Virus record (IMG/VR): IMGVR_UViG_3300047160_036126
Span: 13,575 to 77,574 of that record
DNA: 64,000 bases
DNA from: a virus
Lineage: Duplodnaviria > Caudoviricetes
Reading direction: 5' to 3' (one strand)
Shown piece by piece: positions 63,416 to 64,000 of this stretch. The number at the start of each line of letters is the position of its first letter. Position 1 is the stretch's first letter. The notes beneath the pieces are model-generated. The model ran no database searches and was not told the DNA's origin. It saw only the letters and a list, made by a program, of their open reading frames with translations. The position numbers were made by a program, and so were the translations under genes.

Positions 63416-64000
63416 TTATGGCGCTGTCCTTAACTGCTCGAAAGTGGGACAATCGGGCATAAAGCTCCAAAACACTTCAAAGGATGAGACTTCTGACGAC
63501 GCCCAGACAAAGGGTAATAGGCTCTCCATGTCAGGGAGCACGTCAATCTGGCCGGTCGGCACATTCCTAATCTGAAGATCGGCAAGCTCCAAATCATAAG
63601 GCATCGGCATGAGAGGTTCTTTGAGCTGGACGATAATTTCCCGGCCTCTGTCCTCAATGGAAACCGGCAATGGCGGCGCGGGATCTATATCCTTCTTGGT
63701 GAAAGTGAACGTTAGGTGCTTACCCTGATGGTCGGGGTCAAATGTTGAGACAGTCTTCTGAATAGTTACGCGTACATTTTTAACCGGCCACACCCCTGTA
63801 TTCCTAAGCCGAATTTGAAAGATGACGTTCCTCTTATCTGGGCACCCGTATGCATATCCGTGCACAACGAACGCGGCCGCTTTTAGTTGCTGTACCCGGA
63901 CTTCGTTTTGAAACCAGTAGTAATTGAGGAATGGGCTGGCGAGCGAAATGACCAACGCCGCCGTGGAAATCGCGAGCGTTAGTCTCTCGTGTCGCGTCAT
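63416..64000 (-). CDS. Membrane-anchored hypothetical protein (start at the window edge)
   Basis: N-terminal transmembrane segment LTLAISTAALVISLASPFL. Confidence 0.55.
   Translation of the reverse strand: MTRHERLTLAISTAALVISLASPFLNYYWFQNEVRVQQLKAAAFVVHGYAYGCPDKRNVIFQIRLRNTGVWPVKNVRVTIQKTVSTFDPDHQGKHLTFTFTKKDIDPAPPLPVSIEDRGREIIVQLKEPLMPMPYDLELADLQIRNVPTGQIDVLPDMESLLPFVWASSEVSSFEVFWSFMPDCPTFEQLRTAP

Noticed and set aside
1-64000. CRISPR array, diversity-generating retroelement, retron or IS transposase
   Set aside because: No regularly spaced repeat array, reverse transcriptase motif or transposase motif seen by eye; a tool-based scan was not possible

Overview
The window holds most of a temperate, contractile-tailed (myovirus-type) alphaproteobacterial prophage, followed by a plasmid-type mobilisation and leading-region module. 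It opens inside the 5' end of a probable tyrosine integrase that overlaps the excisionase, which the ORF track missed. Order: left early operon (DUF3800 gene with an adjacent structured RNA, MT-A70 methyltransferase, SSB, YqaJ exonuclease, ERF recombinase); a first divergent switch (about 8.1-8.2 kb); a short rightward operon with a phage-borne Hfq; a second leftward operon with a receiver-less CtrA-like protein and a stand-alone ClpX zinc finger; a second divergent switch (about 15.6-16.1 kb); replication (DUF1376 initiator, DnaB-like helicase); SciP- and GcrA-like genes; packaging, head, tail and baseplate; a block of fibre-, lectin- and esterase-like genes with signal peptides; lysis (M15 peptidase endolysin). 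From about 51.7 kb: VirD4-like coupling protein, MOBQ relaxase with oriT, ArdC and a ParB-like protein, with no mating-pair-formation genes. Most notable: (i) look-alikes of the host cell-cycle and global regulatory network (CtrA DNA-binding domain, SciP, GcrA, ClpX zinc-binding domain, Hfq, adenine MTase); (ii) a palindrome TAACCA-N4-TGGTTA shared by the phage switch and the ardC and parB upstream regions, suggesting one conjugatively mobilisable prophage; (iii) DUF3800 plus a convergent structured RNA; (iv) fibre-like proteins with apparent Sec signal peptides. All family assignments come from motif recognition by eye; no database searches were run.
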